From the NCBI GenBank assembly GCA_016938675.1, contig JAFGUF010000016.1, positions 2,792 to 66,791 of the forward strand: a DNA stretch of 64,000 nt, written 5' to 3'. A program made the position numbers and the translations under genes. The notes under the pieces were generated by a model. That model did no database searches and was not told where the DNA came from. It was given only the letters and a program-made list of their open reading frames with translations. Positions 30,328 through 38,932 of this stretch are shown in pieces; the stretch's first letter is position 1, and the number at the start of each line of letters is the position of its first letter. Source of the stretch: Clostridia bacterium (GTDB lineage Bacteria > Bacillota > Clostridia > Christensenellales > UMGS416).

Positions 30328-30525
30328 ATGCCAAAGATTAAAACAAAGAAATCCGCTGCGAAGCGTTTCAAGGTTACAGGTTCTGGGAAGATTAAGCGCA
30401 CCAGATCCGGGAAAAACCACAAGTTAAACAACAAAAGCGGTAAGACTATTCGTTCTCTTAGAAAGCAAGATTACGTCTCAAAATCTGAAGAGAAAAATAT
30501 CAAAGAACTATTACCGTACAAATAG
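30328..30525 (+). CDS. rpmI: 50S ribosomal protein L35
   Basis: [24 protein letters not shown]. Start set at the ATG preceded by GAGAGGAG. Confidence 0.9.
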   Translation: MPKIKTKKSAAKRFKVTGSGKIKRTRSGKNHKLNNKSGKTIRSLRKQDYVSKSEEKNIKELLPYK

Positions 30526-30567
30526 CAATAACTTTATTGAAAGAGCATTCGCAGAAAGGAAACCAAT

Positions 30568-31257
30568 ATGGCAAGAGTAAAACGTGGGGTTACTGCCCAC
30601 AAGAGAAAATCAAAAGTTTTAAGAATGGCCAAAGGCTATTACGGTGCCAAGAGCAAGCAATTCAGAAGTGCTAACCAGGCCGTAATTAAATCTATGGCTT
30701 ATGCATATAAAGGACGTAAACAAAAGAAGCGCGACTATAGAAGGCTTTGGATTGTAAGAATTAACGCGGCCGCAAGATTAAACGGCATGTCCTATTCTAC
30801 CTTTATAAACGGCCTTAAGCTGGCAGGCATCGATATCAACCGCAAGATGCTTTCCGAGCTTGCAATTGCTGACATGAGCGCATTCGCTGAGCTGACAAAA
30901 GCAGCAAAAAGCGCAATAGAAAAAGGCGAGAAAGCACCTGCTAAGAAAGCCGAACCTGCACCCAAAGCTGCGCCAGCAAAAGCAGAAGAGCCGAAAACTG
31001 AAACAGCAAAAAAAGCTGAACCGGCAGAGAAAAAACCGGCAGCTACAGCTGCTAAAAAGACCACTGCTGCTAAGCCAGCCGCTTCTACTGCTAAGAAGAC
31101 CACTGCTGCTAAGCCAGCCACTTCAACCGCTAAGAAGACCACCGCTGCTAAGCCAGCCACTTCTACCGCTAAGAAGACCACTGCTGCTAAACCAGCTGCT
31201 TCTACCGCCAAGAAGACCACCACTGCTAAGCCAGCCGCTAAAAAAGAAGAAAAATAA
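30568..31257 (+). CDS. rplT: 50S ribosomal protein L20 with ~110-aa C-terminal Ala/Lys/Thr/Pro-rich repeat extension
   Basis: Canonical L20 for ~118 aa ([26 protein letters not shown]...[14 protein letters not shown]...), then an in-frame low-complexity tail with five [10 protein letters not shown](A/T)ST units. Confidence 0.9.
   Translation: MARVKRGVTAHKRKSKVLRMAKGYYGAKSKQFRSANQAVIKSMAYAYKGRKQKKRDYRRLWIVRINAAARLNGMSYSTFINGLKLAGIDINRKMLSELAIADMSAFAELTKAAKSAIEKGEKAPAKKAEPAPKAAPAKAEEPKTETAKKAEPAEKKPAATAAKKTTAAKPAASTAKKTTAAKPATSTAKKTTAAKPATSTAKKTTAAKPAASTAKKTTTAKPAAKKEEK
31051..31245 (+). repeat. Five tandem 39-bp repeats (13-aa units) inside the rplT 3' extension
   Basis: GCTAA(A/G)AAGACCACTGCTGCTAAGCCAGCC(G/A)CTTC(T/A)AC(T/C) repeated head to tail at 31051, 31090, 31129, 31168 and 31207. 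Confidence 0.85.
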
Positions 31258-31350
31258 TTGTCATAAAAGAGTTTTTGCACTACTAACTGCAGAGGCTCTT
31301 TTTTATACCTAAAACAGCATATGTAAAATGTCAGTGCAATAATTCAATTT

Positions 31351-32166
31351 ATGAATTATAATAACTGTATGAATGAAGATTTAATAATTACCAGTGTACA
31401 AAACAGCAAAATAAAGCTAGCCCGAAGCCTTAAGCAGAAAAACTCAAGGAATGAGACAAACATGTTTTTAGCAGAGGGCAGCAAAATTATAACCGAGGCC
31501 ATCCTTTCGGGGTTTACTGCGCATGATATCTTCCTGCAGGATTCAAAGGCGGAGAAATTAAAAGGCCTTATAACCCTTTGTGCAAAAAATGATATTCCAT
31601 TAACTTACGTCAATGAAAAAGTGATGGATGCCCTCTGCAACACAAAGTCCCCCCAAGGAGCGGCAGCCATATTTGAAAAAAAAGCTTTGAAGTTTTCTTC
31701 CGAAGTAATCAACGATACCCGTTTTATAGTAATGCTTGAAGAAATACAAGACCCCGGCAACCTGGGCACGATTATTAGAACTTGCGATGCTGTGGGCGTT
31801 GATATGATAATCCTTGAAAACTGCACTGACATATATAACGACAAAGTGATACGCTCATCCATGGGCTCTGTTTTCCACATTCCCTGCTATGAATCTCTGC
31901 TCGCTGAAAATATTAATTATATGAAGGCAAACTCCTGGCAGATAGCCTGTGGCCACCTCAGCGGAGAGAATTTCTACAGCCGCATGCAAAAAACTAAAAC
32001 TGCGCTTATAATAGGAAATGAATCAAAGGGAGTCAGCAAGGCAATAAGCGATATGTGCACAGATTTATGGAAGCTTCCCATGCGCGGTGAAGCGGAATCG
32101 CTAAACGCGTCTGTAGCGGCAGGAATAATGCTTTATGAGATTAGCAACCGGCTTTTTTCACAATAA
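31351..32166 (+). CDS. TrmH/SpoU-family RNA 2'-O-methyltransferase
   Basis: DPGNLGTIIRTCDAVG, LIIGNESKGVS, ESLNASVAAGIMLYE. Confidence 0.8.
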   Translation: MNYNNCMNEDLIITSVQNSKIKLARSLKQKNSRNETNMFLAEGSKIITEAILSGFTAHDIFLQDSKAEKLKGLITLCAKNDIPLTYVNEKVMDALCNTKSPQGAAAIFEKKALKFSSEVINDTRFIVMLEEIQDPGNLGTIIRTCDAVGVDMIILENCTDIYNDKVIRSSMGSVFHIPCYESLLAENINYMKANSWQIACGHLSGENFYSRMQKTKTALIIGNESKGVSKAISDMCTDLWKLPMRGEAESLNASVAAGIMLYEISNRLFSQ

Positions 32167-32263
32167 TATTACTAGATTTTTATCCCTTTTCACAGGTATA
32201 AACAGCCGCTCGTTTGGTCAAATTACCAGCACCAAAAACAGCCATATAAAACCAAAAAAAGTA

Positions 32264-32292
32264 TTGAAATTGTATCTTTGATATGTTATAAT
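32264..32292 (+). promoter_or_regulatory. Promoter of tRNA-Asn
   Basis: TTGAAA (32264-32269), 17 nt, TATAAT (32287-32292). Confidence 0.6.
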
Positions 32293-32323
32293 GCACTCAC
32301 GTCTTTGAGTAGATAGGGTCTAT

Positions 32324-32398
32324 TCCTCAGTAGCTCAATGGTAGAGCACACGGCTGTTAACCGTGGGGTTACAAGTTCGAGTCTTGTCTGGGGAGCCA
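32324..32398 (+). tRNA. tRNA-Asn (anticodon GTT), CCA encoded
   Basis: TCCTCAGTAGCTCAATGGTAGAGCACACGGCTGTTAACCGTGGGGTTACAAGTTCGAGTCTTGTCTGGGGAGCCA. Anticodon loop CT-GTT-AA, cloverleaf pairs check by hand. Confidence 0.9.
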
Positions 32399-32406
32399 AC
32401 TTAATT

Positions 32407-32440
32407 CATCCGAACTTTTTAAGTTCGGATGTTTCATTTT
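32407..32440 (+). terminator. Terminator of tRNA-Asn
   Basis: CATCCGAAC-TTTTTAA-GTTCGGATG followed by TTTCATTTT. Confidence 0.7.
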
Positions 32441-32524
32441 AAGTTTATGCCACACATAGCTGTGTGTAGCAGTTCTATTTAAAAAAAGGGATGTTTCTTA
32501 AGTTTGTAGTTTGAAAAAACGAAA

Positions 32525-33295
32525 TTAACACAAATTATATAAAAACTTCAAAACTATCGCATTAAATTCGATAGGGTTATCCATATTAAGCAAGTGATGC
32601 GCATTCGAAATAATATTGAACTGTGATTGATTTATTTCTTTATTAAATCGTTTTCCTTGAGAATGTGTTTGTTTGTTTTTGTCACCAACAAGTATAAGTG
32701 TATTTACTTTTAAATCTTTTAACTTGTTCAATGAAGAATAGCCTGTTACAGCATTCATTACCTTTCTTGATTCTTCAATACTATAGGCTGACATAGCCAT
32801 CTTTATATATTCAGAACTTTCAGAACTACCCTTACCATAGCTTTTTGCAGAAAGTTTTATCAATTGCTTTTGAGTAGTCAATTTCATTAAAGAGTTTGTC
32901 ATGTTTGTTAAAACATTATTAACAAAACTATCTCTTGTGCCATACGACGTTTCAGCAAGTATTAGTGCATTAACCAAATCAGGATAATTTAAAGCTATCT
33001 CCTGTGCTATTATACCACCAAATGAATGACCACATAAAACAAATGTATATATGCCATTAGATTTTAATGCATTTACCACACATTTCGCAATTTCAGATAT
33101 GCTGTATTCTTTTAGGATTATATTCTTTGATTCTCCATGACCAGGTAAATCTAATGTTACAACTTTAAATGATTTACTAAAAGCATTTATTTGATGTTTC
33201 CACATGCTAGAATCCACTAATGCACCATGAAGTAAAACTAGTGCTTCACCTTCACCTTTTATATTGAGCCTTATTGTTTTTTCAGTTATTTCCAT
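32525..33295 (-). CDS. Alpha/beta-fold hydrolase
   Basis: LVLLHGAL, DLPGHGES, nucleophile elbow GHSFGG, late H in NAHHL. Confidence 0.75.
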   Translation of the reverse strand: MEITEKTIRLNIKGEGEALVLLHGALVDSSMWKHQINAFSKSFKVVTLDLPGHGESKNIILKEYSISEIAKCVVNALKSNGIYTFVLCGHSFGGIIAQEIALNYPDLVNALILAETSYGTRDSFVNNVLTNMTNSLMKLTTQKQLIKLSAKSYGKGSSESSEYIKMAMSAYSIEESRKVMNAVTGYSSLNKLKDLKVNTLILVGDKNKQTHSQGKRFNKEINQSQFNIISNAHHLLNMDNPIEFNAIVLKFLYNLC

Positions 33296-33331
33296 TTTAA
33301 TTCTCCTCGTATAATATTAGTTGTAATCACT

Positions 33332-33934
33332 TCATTTATAATAATTTGCCCTTAAATTATTAATTAATTGCTTTACGTCTTTTTCTATTTCTGCAAAATC
33401 CAATGGATGTATTCTTAATTTTTTTGCCAAATATCCTTCGAACATATTCACAATAATATCATATAGTGTATTTACATCATCAGGATTTCTAAACTTTGAT
33501 GTATCTATCGCACTGAGGAGTTCCTGTTTATTGGTCAATATTAAACTAGCTTTTTTATCTGCTATTTCAGAAACCACTTCCTCACAATCCTCAAAGTAAA
33601 CATTAATGACAAACTGGTAAATGTATGGATAAACACTAATTAACGCTATACGTGTTTCGATTTCACGTTCAATTATATTAAAGAAATCATTACTTGAAGT
33701 ACGATATTGTGCCTGGATCTTTTTTAAGTCCTCAACCGCTAGATTATATAGATAAAAATATAGCTCCTTTTTATTTCGAAAGTAGTGAAATAAAAGTGAT
33801 TTTGATACATCTCCCTCATCAGCGATATACTGCATCGATGTTTTCCTATATGACTGCTGTGAAAATGCTTTATATCCTGAATTAACAATCTGATTTTGCT
33901 TTTCTTTTGATAGGTTATAGAATTTATTATTCAT
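33332..33934 (-). CDS. TetR/AcrR-family transcriptional regulator
   Basis: HTH region TSMQYIADEGDVSKSLLFHYFRNKKELY. Start set at MNNKFY (a G-rich SD lies 6 nt upstream). Confidence 0.8.
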   Translation of the reverse strand: MNNKFYNLSKEKQNQIVNSGYKAFSQQSYRKTSMQYIADEGDVSKSLLFHYFRNKKELYFYLYNLAVEDLKKIQAQYRTSSNDFFNIIEREIETRIALISVYPYIYQFVINVYFEDCEEVVSEIADKKASLILTNKQELLSAIDTSKFRNPDDVNTLYDIIVNMFEGYLAKKLRIHPLDFAEIEKDVKQLINNLRANYYK

Positions 33935-34040
33935 AATATGCCCCCCCATTAACCGTATCAGTCAACACAGTGATTGTATCATGATTGACCATTTTGGAGA
34001 AGACCTAATATTATTGAATATGAGGTAACAAATGATTAAT

Positions 34041-34150
34041 AAAAGTGCGGATGGTACATACAATGGGGAGCCATAAAGCGATTTACTAATTAGTAAGTCG
34101 CTTTTTTGTTTGTCTAAAAATGTAAAGTTTATGCCACACATACTTATGTC
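34041..34150 (+). repeat. Module copy 1: pseudo tRNA-Asn 3' end (GGGGAGCCA at 34065-34073), terminator hairpin, AAGTTTATGCCACACA
   Basis: AAAAGTGCGGATGGTACATACAAT-GGGGAGCCA-TAAA-GCGATTTACTA-ATT-AGTAAGTCGC-TTTTTTGTTTGTCTAAAAATGTAAAGTTTATGCCACACAT. Confidence 0.8.
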
Positions 34151-34306
34151 TAGATTCTTTATTTGCATTGTATATATACGACAATTTATTTTTTGTAACA
34201 TCTTTTTGACACAGTATAACCTAAATCATAATTTGTCTCAAACCATGCTGTCATCTCAGATGTGATAAAAAGAAAATAAAATATAGATTATAATTATTTG
34301 TTTATC

Positions 34307-34867
34307 CTAATATGGTAAATTTATATTATGATTCCGTTTATTCTTTATAATAATGTCCATATATTGGAATTCCGGCGCAAATAAATGCGCTTTTAAAGAG
34401 GTACAGAGAGAATACTCACGTGGATTTCCATAACTAGTCCAACTACTTTCATAAACTAAATCATTTTCAATAAACTTACTCAAGCATGAGCCATAATTTG
34501 TAGATAGAATACTATCTAGACTATTTTTTGATTCCCAGCATTTAATATCCTCAATTTGCCCTTCTGCCATCCATCTATCACCAAAGGCAACTATTTTTTC
34601 TTCGATAATATATGCGATAAAAAGTTTCTCGATATCGTCAAATTCTCCGGATTTCCACATATCTTCGAAGGTGAAACTGCTTAATTTTCTGTTATTCTCA
34701 ACGATTGAGTGTAATTGTGGCAGGAGCATATCACTAGCATTTACATATTTTCTAAATATGTCTATATCTAGCTCTAACGTTTCTTCTGTATAATTGCCGT
34801 TTCCTAAAGTAGCCAATAAATCGAATGCATTATCAACATTCACATTATATAGTTCCTCACTTTTCAT
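34307..34867 (-). CDS. Hypothetical protein (186 aa as listed); the reading frame stays open upstream to 34975 and is probably the detached C-terminal part of the TIR gene
   Basis: No family recognised. The upstream in-frame extension encodes FDISSDDEAVILYYIIERKIRKVKKGDIISW, whose YYIIERKI motif recurs as AYIIEEKI inside the ORF. Confidence 0.55.
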   Translation of the reverse strand: MKSEELYNVNVDNAFDLLATLGNGNYTEETLELDIDIFRKYVNASDMLLPQLHSIVENNRKLSSFTFEDMWKSGEFDDIEKLFIAYIIEEKIVAFGDRWMAEGQIEDIKCWESKNSLDSILSTNYGSCLSKFIENDLVYESSWTSYGNPREYSLCTSLKAHLFAPEFQYMDIIIKNKRNHNINLPY

Positions 34868-34899
34868 CCAAGAAATTATATCGCCTTTTTTTACTTTCC

Positions 34900-35493
34900 T
34901 TATTTTTCTCTCAATAATGTAATATAATATAACTGCTTCATCATCAGATGAAATATCAAAATATCTTGTGATTTTTCATAGTTATGACTTATTATTCTTT
35001 TTGAAATATAAGTTTCATAGCGGTTTTTTAGTTTTGAAATCTCGGCTGTAACTATACTTGCCTTGCACTGCTTCACCTCAAAAACATTCCTTATCGAATC
35101 ATATATATAAGAAATATCACCATCATTATTTAGTCTACGAATCTTGTATTCACTATTCAAAAACCCATACATGTTTTTTTCGGAAACTTCAGGAAGTGCA
35201 ATAGGAATAACCAAGACTTTATCGCAAAACCACATTATACCCGCTTCATTAAGACAGTATGCGCTTTGATAATACTCTAGAGATAAAATGGCAATGTTAA
35301 TTGAACTGTTTTTAAGCTTGGATTTTACTTCTGTATTTATTCTTTCGTCAACATCATTACCAGGCAAAGATGAACAAAACATATATTCACGCGGGATGCC
35401 CGTTCCAATAAGAAAATCGAAAAGCATATCAGCGATTTCTTTATCCATAGAACGATGACTAATAAATACAACTGATTCTAATTCACATTCCAT
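34900..35493 (-). CDS. TIR-like domain protein (197 aa as listed; C-terminal ~20 aa probably out of frame)
   Basis: VVFISHRSMDKEIADMLFDFL..., SINIAILSLEYYQSAYCLNEAGIMW: a TIR-type beta-alpha pattern with a conserved Glu. Confidence 0.65.
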   Translation of the reverse strand: MECELESVVFISHRSMDKEIADMLFDFLIGTGIPREYMFCSSLPGNDVDERINTEVKSKLKNSSINIAILSLEYYQSAYCLNEAGIMWFCDKVLVIPIALPEVSEKNMYGFLNSEYKIRRLNNDGDISYIYDSIRNVFEVKQCKASIVTAEISKLKNRYETYISKRIISHNYEKSQDILIFHLMMKQLYYITLLREK

Positions 35494-35609
35494 AATAATT
35501 GCTCCTATTTTTTTACATTTATTATAGCATACTATAATGATATATGATATTCAATCCCTTCAATATTACTATATTTTCTTCTTTAAATATATTCTTAAAC
35601 TAATAGTAT

Positions 35610-35690
35610 AAAAACGTTCGGATGGGACATACAGTGGGGAGCCATAAAAGGTCATTCGAATATTTCGAATGACCTTTAGTGTTATTTGTC
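35610..35690 (+). repeat. Module copy 2: pseudo tRNA-Asn 3' end (GGGGAGCCA at 35636-35644) plus a different perfect hairpin
   Basis: AAAAACGTTCGGATGGGACATACAGT-GGGGAGCCA-TAAAA-GGTCATTCGAA-TATT-TCGAATGACC-TTTAGTG. Confidence 0.75.
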
Positions 35691-35874
35691 CCAAACATGT
35701 ACTATACGTATACACTTTACGAAAGACGCTTTTTTATCTTCATCTATCTTTGAACTATGACACACTAAAAAGTTTTGAAAGTAAAGTGTTAACGCTAAAT
35801 TTGCTTGCTCTTTCTGTTATGTATGGCATTTTTATTTGTAAATTAGTTCTTTTACTTTAAAAAACAACTAATAC

Positions 35875-36621
35875 TTAATGAAATTCATCAAACAATTCTA
35901 TCAAATATACTTCATCATTAAAAAGGGCATACACCACAATTATATGGAAATTCTCGTCAGCAGCTAAGCTTAAATACATAATATACTCTCCGTCGCCATA
36001 TTTAATAAATCCACAAAACTCTCCATTCTCGTATAGACTTGTATCAGTTTTATTTATCTGCTCTTTCGTTAAGCCTAGAACAGATAATACTTTTTCTTCA
36101 CTATCGCCAACCCTTATACTCATAGGTCCTATATAGCTTTCATCATATATATCTATATGCCCTACATAACCATCGTCATATATATTGCCGGTATTTGACA
36201 CAAATATCACTATACCAAAATCATAATAGTAATATATATACCATCCGTTATCCCCGTGCATGCCTCCTTCAGTATACCACCTATCTATATAATTAGGTTT
36301 CCCATATAAGCTCTCTATATCCTGAGCTGACATCTTCAACTCTATATCACCTAAAGAAACATTTTCAAAGTCTATCGGGTTATCAATATCAAACTCCTTT
36401 TTCGGCTCCACTTCTTCAACAATAGGCTGTACAGTTGCATAAGGTGTATAAGTTACATGGAGAGTAGGCTCAAGGGTAATTTCAGCCAATTGTACTGCAT
36501 TAGTTGGAGCTATGGTAGCACCTGATTGAATTGAATTTAACTCATTTGCTTTACATCCTGAAAGAGTTAAAAGCAAAAACATATTGATAATTCCAATAAT
36601 AATTATGTGTAATTTTTTCAT
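35875..36621 (-). CDS. Putative lipoprotein, unknown function
   Basis: MKKLHIIIIGIINMFLLLTLSGC lipobox. Start set at the second ATG (GAGG lies 9 nt upstream). Confidence 0.6.
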   Translation of the reverse strand: MKKLHIIIIGIINMFLLLTLSGCKANELNSIQSGATIAPTNAVQLAEITLEPTLHVTYTPYATVQPIVEEVEPKKEFDIDNPIDFENVSLGDIELKMSAQDIESLYGKPNYIDRWYTEGGMHGDNGWYIYYYYDFGIVIFVSNTGNIYDDGYVGHIDIYDESYIGPMSIRVGDSEEKVLSVLGLTKEQINKTDTSLYENGEFCGFIKYGDGEYIMYLSLAADENFHIIVVYALFNDEVYLIELFDEFH

Positions 36622-36702
36622 GTTGCATAACCTCAATATTTACATAATATAGGTTATATATAAAATGTCAAGTTTTTGAAACTACCCGCAATTTCATTGC
36701 AC

Positions 36703-36798
36703 AAAAAGTTCGGATGGGACATACAGTGGGGAGCCACAAAACGATTTACTAATTAGTAAGTCGCTTTTTTGTTTGTCTAAAAATGTAAAGTCTATGCT
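36703..36798 (+). repeat. Module copy 3: near-identical to copy 1 (GGGGAGCCA at 36728-36736)
   Basis: ACAAAAAGTTCGGATGGGACATACAGT-GGGGAGCCA-CAAAA-CGATTTACTAATTAGTAAGTCG-CTTTTTTGTTTGTCTAAAAATGTAAAGTCTATGC. Confidence 0.8.
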
Positions 36799-36930
36799 CT
36801 GCCTTTATTTCAAAGATTTATTGAGACTTTTTCTCAAAGCGGCGCAGATCTTGTACATATTTTCTACTTACCTCTTTACCACTTATTATTATCATGATAT
36901 AATTATTACCATAAAAATCGGAGGTATGAT

Positions 36931-37293
36931 ATGGATTATTCTTATAGTTATGAAGCAAGCCCATTTATGACATTGGTTTGGCTTGCAGTTGCAGTACTTG
37001 GCATCGTTGCAATGTGGAAATTGTTTACTAAGGCTGGTGAACCTGGCTGGGCTGCTATTATTCCCTTGTATAACGCATATGTATTATTTAAGATTACATG
37101 GGGAAACGGTTGGAAATTCCTTTTAATGCTAATCCCAATAGTTAATATAGTTATTGCAATAATGACTATGGTTAAGCTTGCTCAAGCATTCGGAAAAGAC
37201 GGCGGATTTGCAGTAGGACTTATATTCTTAAGTATCATTTTCTATTGCATTCTTGCTTTTGGCGATTCTGAATACGTAGGAGTGCCTACATAA
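36931..37293 (+). CDS. Small multi-pass membrane protein (DUF5684-like)
   Basis: WKLFTKAGEPGWAAIIPLYNAYVLFKITWGNGW matches my recollection of DUF5684. It is the only plus-strand gene in the array. Confidence 0.55.
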   Translation: MDYSYSYEASPFMTLVWLAVAVLGIVAMWKLFTKAGEPGWAAIIPLYNAYVLFKITWGNGWKFLLMLIPIVNIVIAIMTMVKLAQAFGKDGGFAVGLIFLSIIFYCILAFGDSEYVGVPT

Positions 37294-37403
37294 TTTTATT
37301 ACTAAATAAAATGTAAACAAACTTAAGCACCTATGAACAAATCATTCTAGGTGCTTTTATATTTAACCTTTTATTAAGCTAAAATATTTAATTATGTTCA
37401 ATA

Positions 37404-37518
37404 AATAGTGCAGATGGGGCATACACTGAAAACCCGCAAGTGATTTATTAATTAGCAAGTCGCTTTTTTATTTGCTTATAAAATAAAGTTTATGCCACAC
37501 ATTATGTGTGGCATTTTT
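37404..37518 (+). repeat. Module copy 4: decayed pseudo-tRNA end, terminator hairpin, perfect ATGCCACACAT hairpin
   Basis: AAATAGTGCAGATGGGGCATACACTGAAAACCCGCAAGTGATTTATTAATTAGCAAGTCGCTTTTTTATTTGCTTATAAAATAAAGTTT-ATGCCACACAT-T-ATGTGTGGCAT-TTTT. Confidence 0.7.
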
Positions 37519-37531
37519 CATATTACTTTTT

Positions 37532-38458
37532 CTATTCTTTAATCACTACTAATTTAAACTTAATAAACAATATCGGCGCATAATACACAAACCACATTGC
37601 TGCAAAGAAACTAATGACCACCGAGATTAATCCTTCTATCCATATAATGCTTGTAAGCTTGCATGAATACTTTAAAATGAGCGGGTACAGCGCAAATGAA
37701 ACACCGCATGCAACAAGCTTTATAAGCTGCTTCCACCATACAACTTTTACGTCAAATTCGCCATATTTTCTAATCTTTATCATACCAATGGCAAAACCAG
37801 TGAACAATCCCGCCAGCTGAAAGGTCGATGACAAATCATCTATACCATTACCATCACTGTATAAAGCATATGAAACTATAGCCATTAGAACAAAAACTAT
37901 TGGCAGTGCGGCGGCTAAAGTATACTGCATCCATTTTTTTAAATTAAAAAACTTCTCATGAAAGGGCTTTTCCAATTTGATAAATAGAACAACTACTAAA
38001 GTCCCAAGTAAAAATCCAGCAAGCACCTGGCTGGGAAAATGGCTATCCCGATATATCCTTGATATGCCAATGCCTAATATCATAAGTATCGAAATCACCC
38101 ACATAAATCTTTTCTTCAACGTATGGCTAGTGTATGACCAAAAAGCCACCGCACTCAGCGCATGTCCGGATGGCATACCATAGCCGTCGATTACAGTTAT
38201 TCCCTCAGCTATGTGCCTGGGCCTTGGCATATGAAAAACCAATTTCAGTGCTGAAGCCATCAGTCCGCTAAAGGGCACCAGCAAAGTCAGCTTGGAATAT
38301 TTACTAAAGTTTATGCACCATATCAAAACGATTATGACCAAAAAATACGTGTTATCTTTGCCGATTACTGTCAAGGATTTCATCAGTAGACTGAAGCCAT
38401 TGCCTAGAGATTTAATTGCATCATAAATAAAAACGTCTAAATCAAACATCTTTTTCAC
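37532..38458 (-). CDS. PAP2-family membrane phosphatase (BcrC/UppP-like candidate) with extra C-terminal TM helices
   Basis: PAP2 motifs KLVFHMPRP, PSGH and SRIYRDSHFPSQV. Confidence 0.7.
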   Translation of the reverse strand: MKKMFDLDVFIYDAIKSLGNGFSLLMKSLTVIGKDNTYFLVIIVLIWCINFSKYSKLTLLVPFSGLMASALKLVFHMPRPRHIAEGITVIDGYGMPSGHALSAVAFWSYTSHTLKKRFMWVISILMILGIGISRIYRDSHFPSQVLAGFLLGTLVVVLFIKLEKPFHEKFFNLKKWMQYTLAAALPIVFVLMAIVSYALYSDGNGIDDLSSTFQLAGLFTGFAIGMIKIRKYGEFDVKVVWWKQLIKLVACGVSFALYPLILKYSCKLTSIIWIEGLISVVISFFAAMWFVYYAPILFIKFKLVVIKE

Positions 38459-38494
38459 TCCTTAAATTTAATTTTGTTTTCTGGTTGGCTTAAT

Positions 38495-38932
38495 TCATTT
38501 TTTACTATGTATGTTAAACAGTAATACAGCAAGTTCTATGAAAACACCAAATACAATACAAGATACGGCAATATAGGGTGCATAGCTTCCGACAACATTC
38601 CCACCCATAAACATTACTATCATAATGAAAAATACTACATAATTCATCATAGCAAAGCATATCTTTGATTTTATTTTTATTGCGTTGGATTTCGGAGTGG
38701 TTAAGTAAAGATTCTTTGTATCTAGTCTCATATCCTCAATAATATGTACTAGGCCCATTGTGACTATCAATATAAAGGGCAAAAGAAAATTTAGTATAGA
38801 AATCGTTATAACTAACTCTTCATGATCCGGGTCAATCAACAGAAGCAATACGCCGCAAAGCATCATCATACCAACTAATATTAATATAATCCTCTTGCTT
38901 CTCTTTATTTCAAATCTCAATAGGTTAATCAT
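38495..38932 (-). CDS. Small ABC-2-type membrane protein
   Basis: 145 aa, four hydrophobic helices, overlaps the ATPase gene by 8 nt. Confidence 0.5.
   Translation of the reverse strand: MINLLRFEIKRSKRIILILVGMMMLCGVLLLLIDPDHEELVITISILNFLLPFILIVTMGLVHIIEDMRLDTKNLYLTTPKSNAIKIKSKICFAMMNYVVFFIMIVMFMGGNVVGSYAPYIAVSCIVFGVFIELAVLLFNIHSKK

Noticed and set aside
31051-31245. Possible CRISPR-like array (regular 39-bp repeats)
   Set aside because: The units are contiguous with no spacers, in frame, and part of the rplT coding sequence. No CRISPR array was seen anywhere in the window.
30792-31280. 162-aa minus-strand ORF rich in Ala, Val and Phe
   Set aside because: It lies antisense to the rplT repeat tail. 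GCT/GCC-rich tandem repeats stay open on both strands, so it is an artefact.
34307-35493. Canonical Thoeris (ThsA/ThsB) or another known TIR-based defence system
   Set aside because: No SIR2/Macro-SLOG ThsA-like gene, cyclase, STING, Argonaute or STAND NTPase lies within the cassette or its neighbours. Only the TIR-like domain is recognisable.
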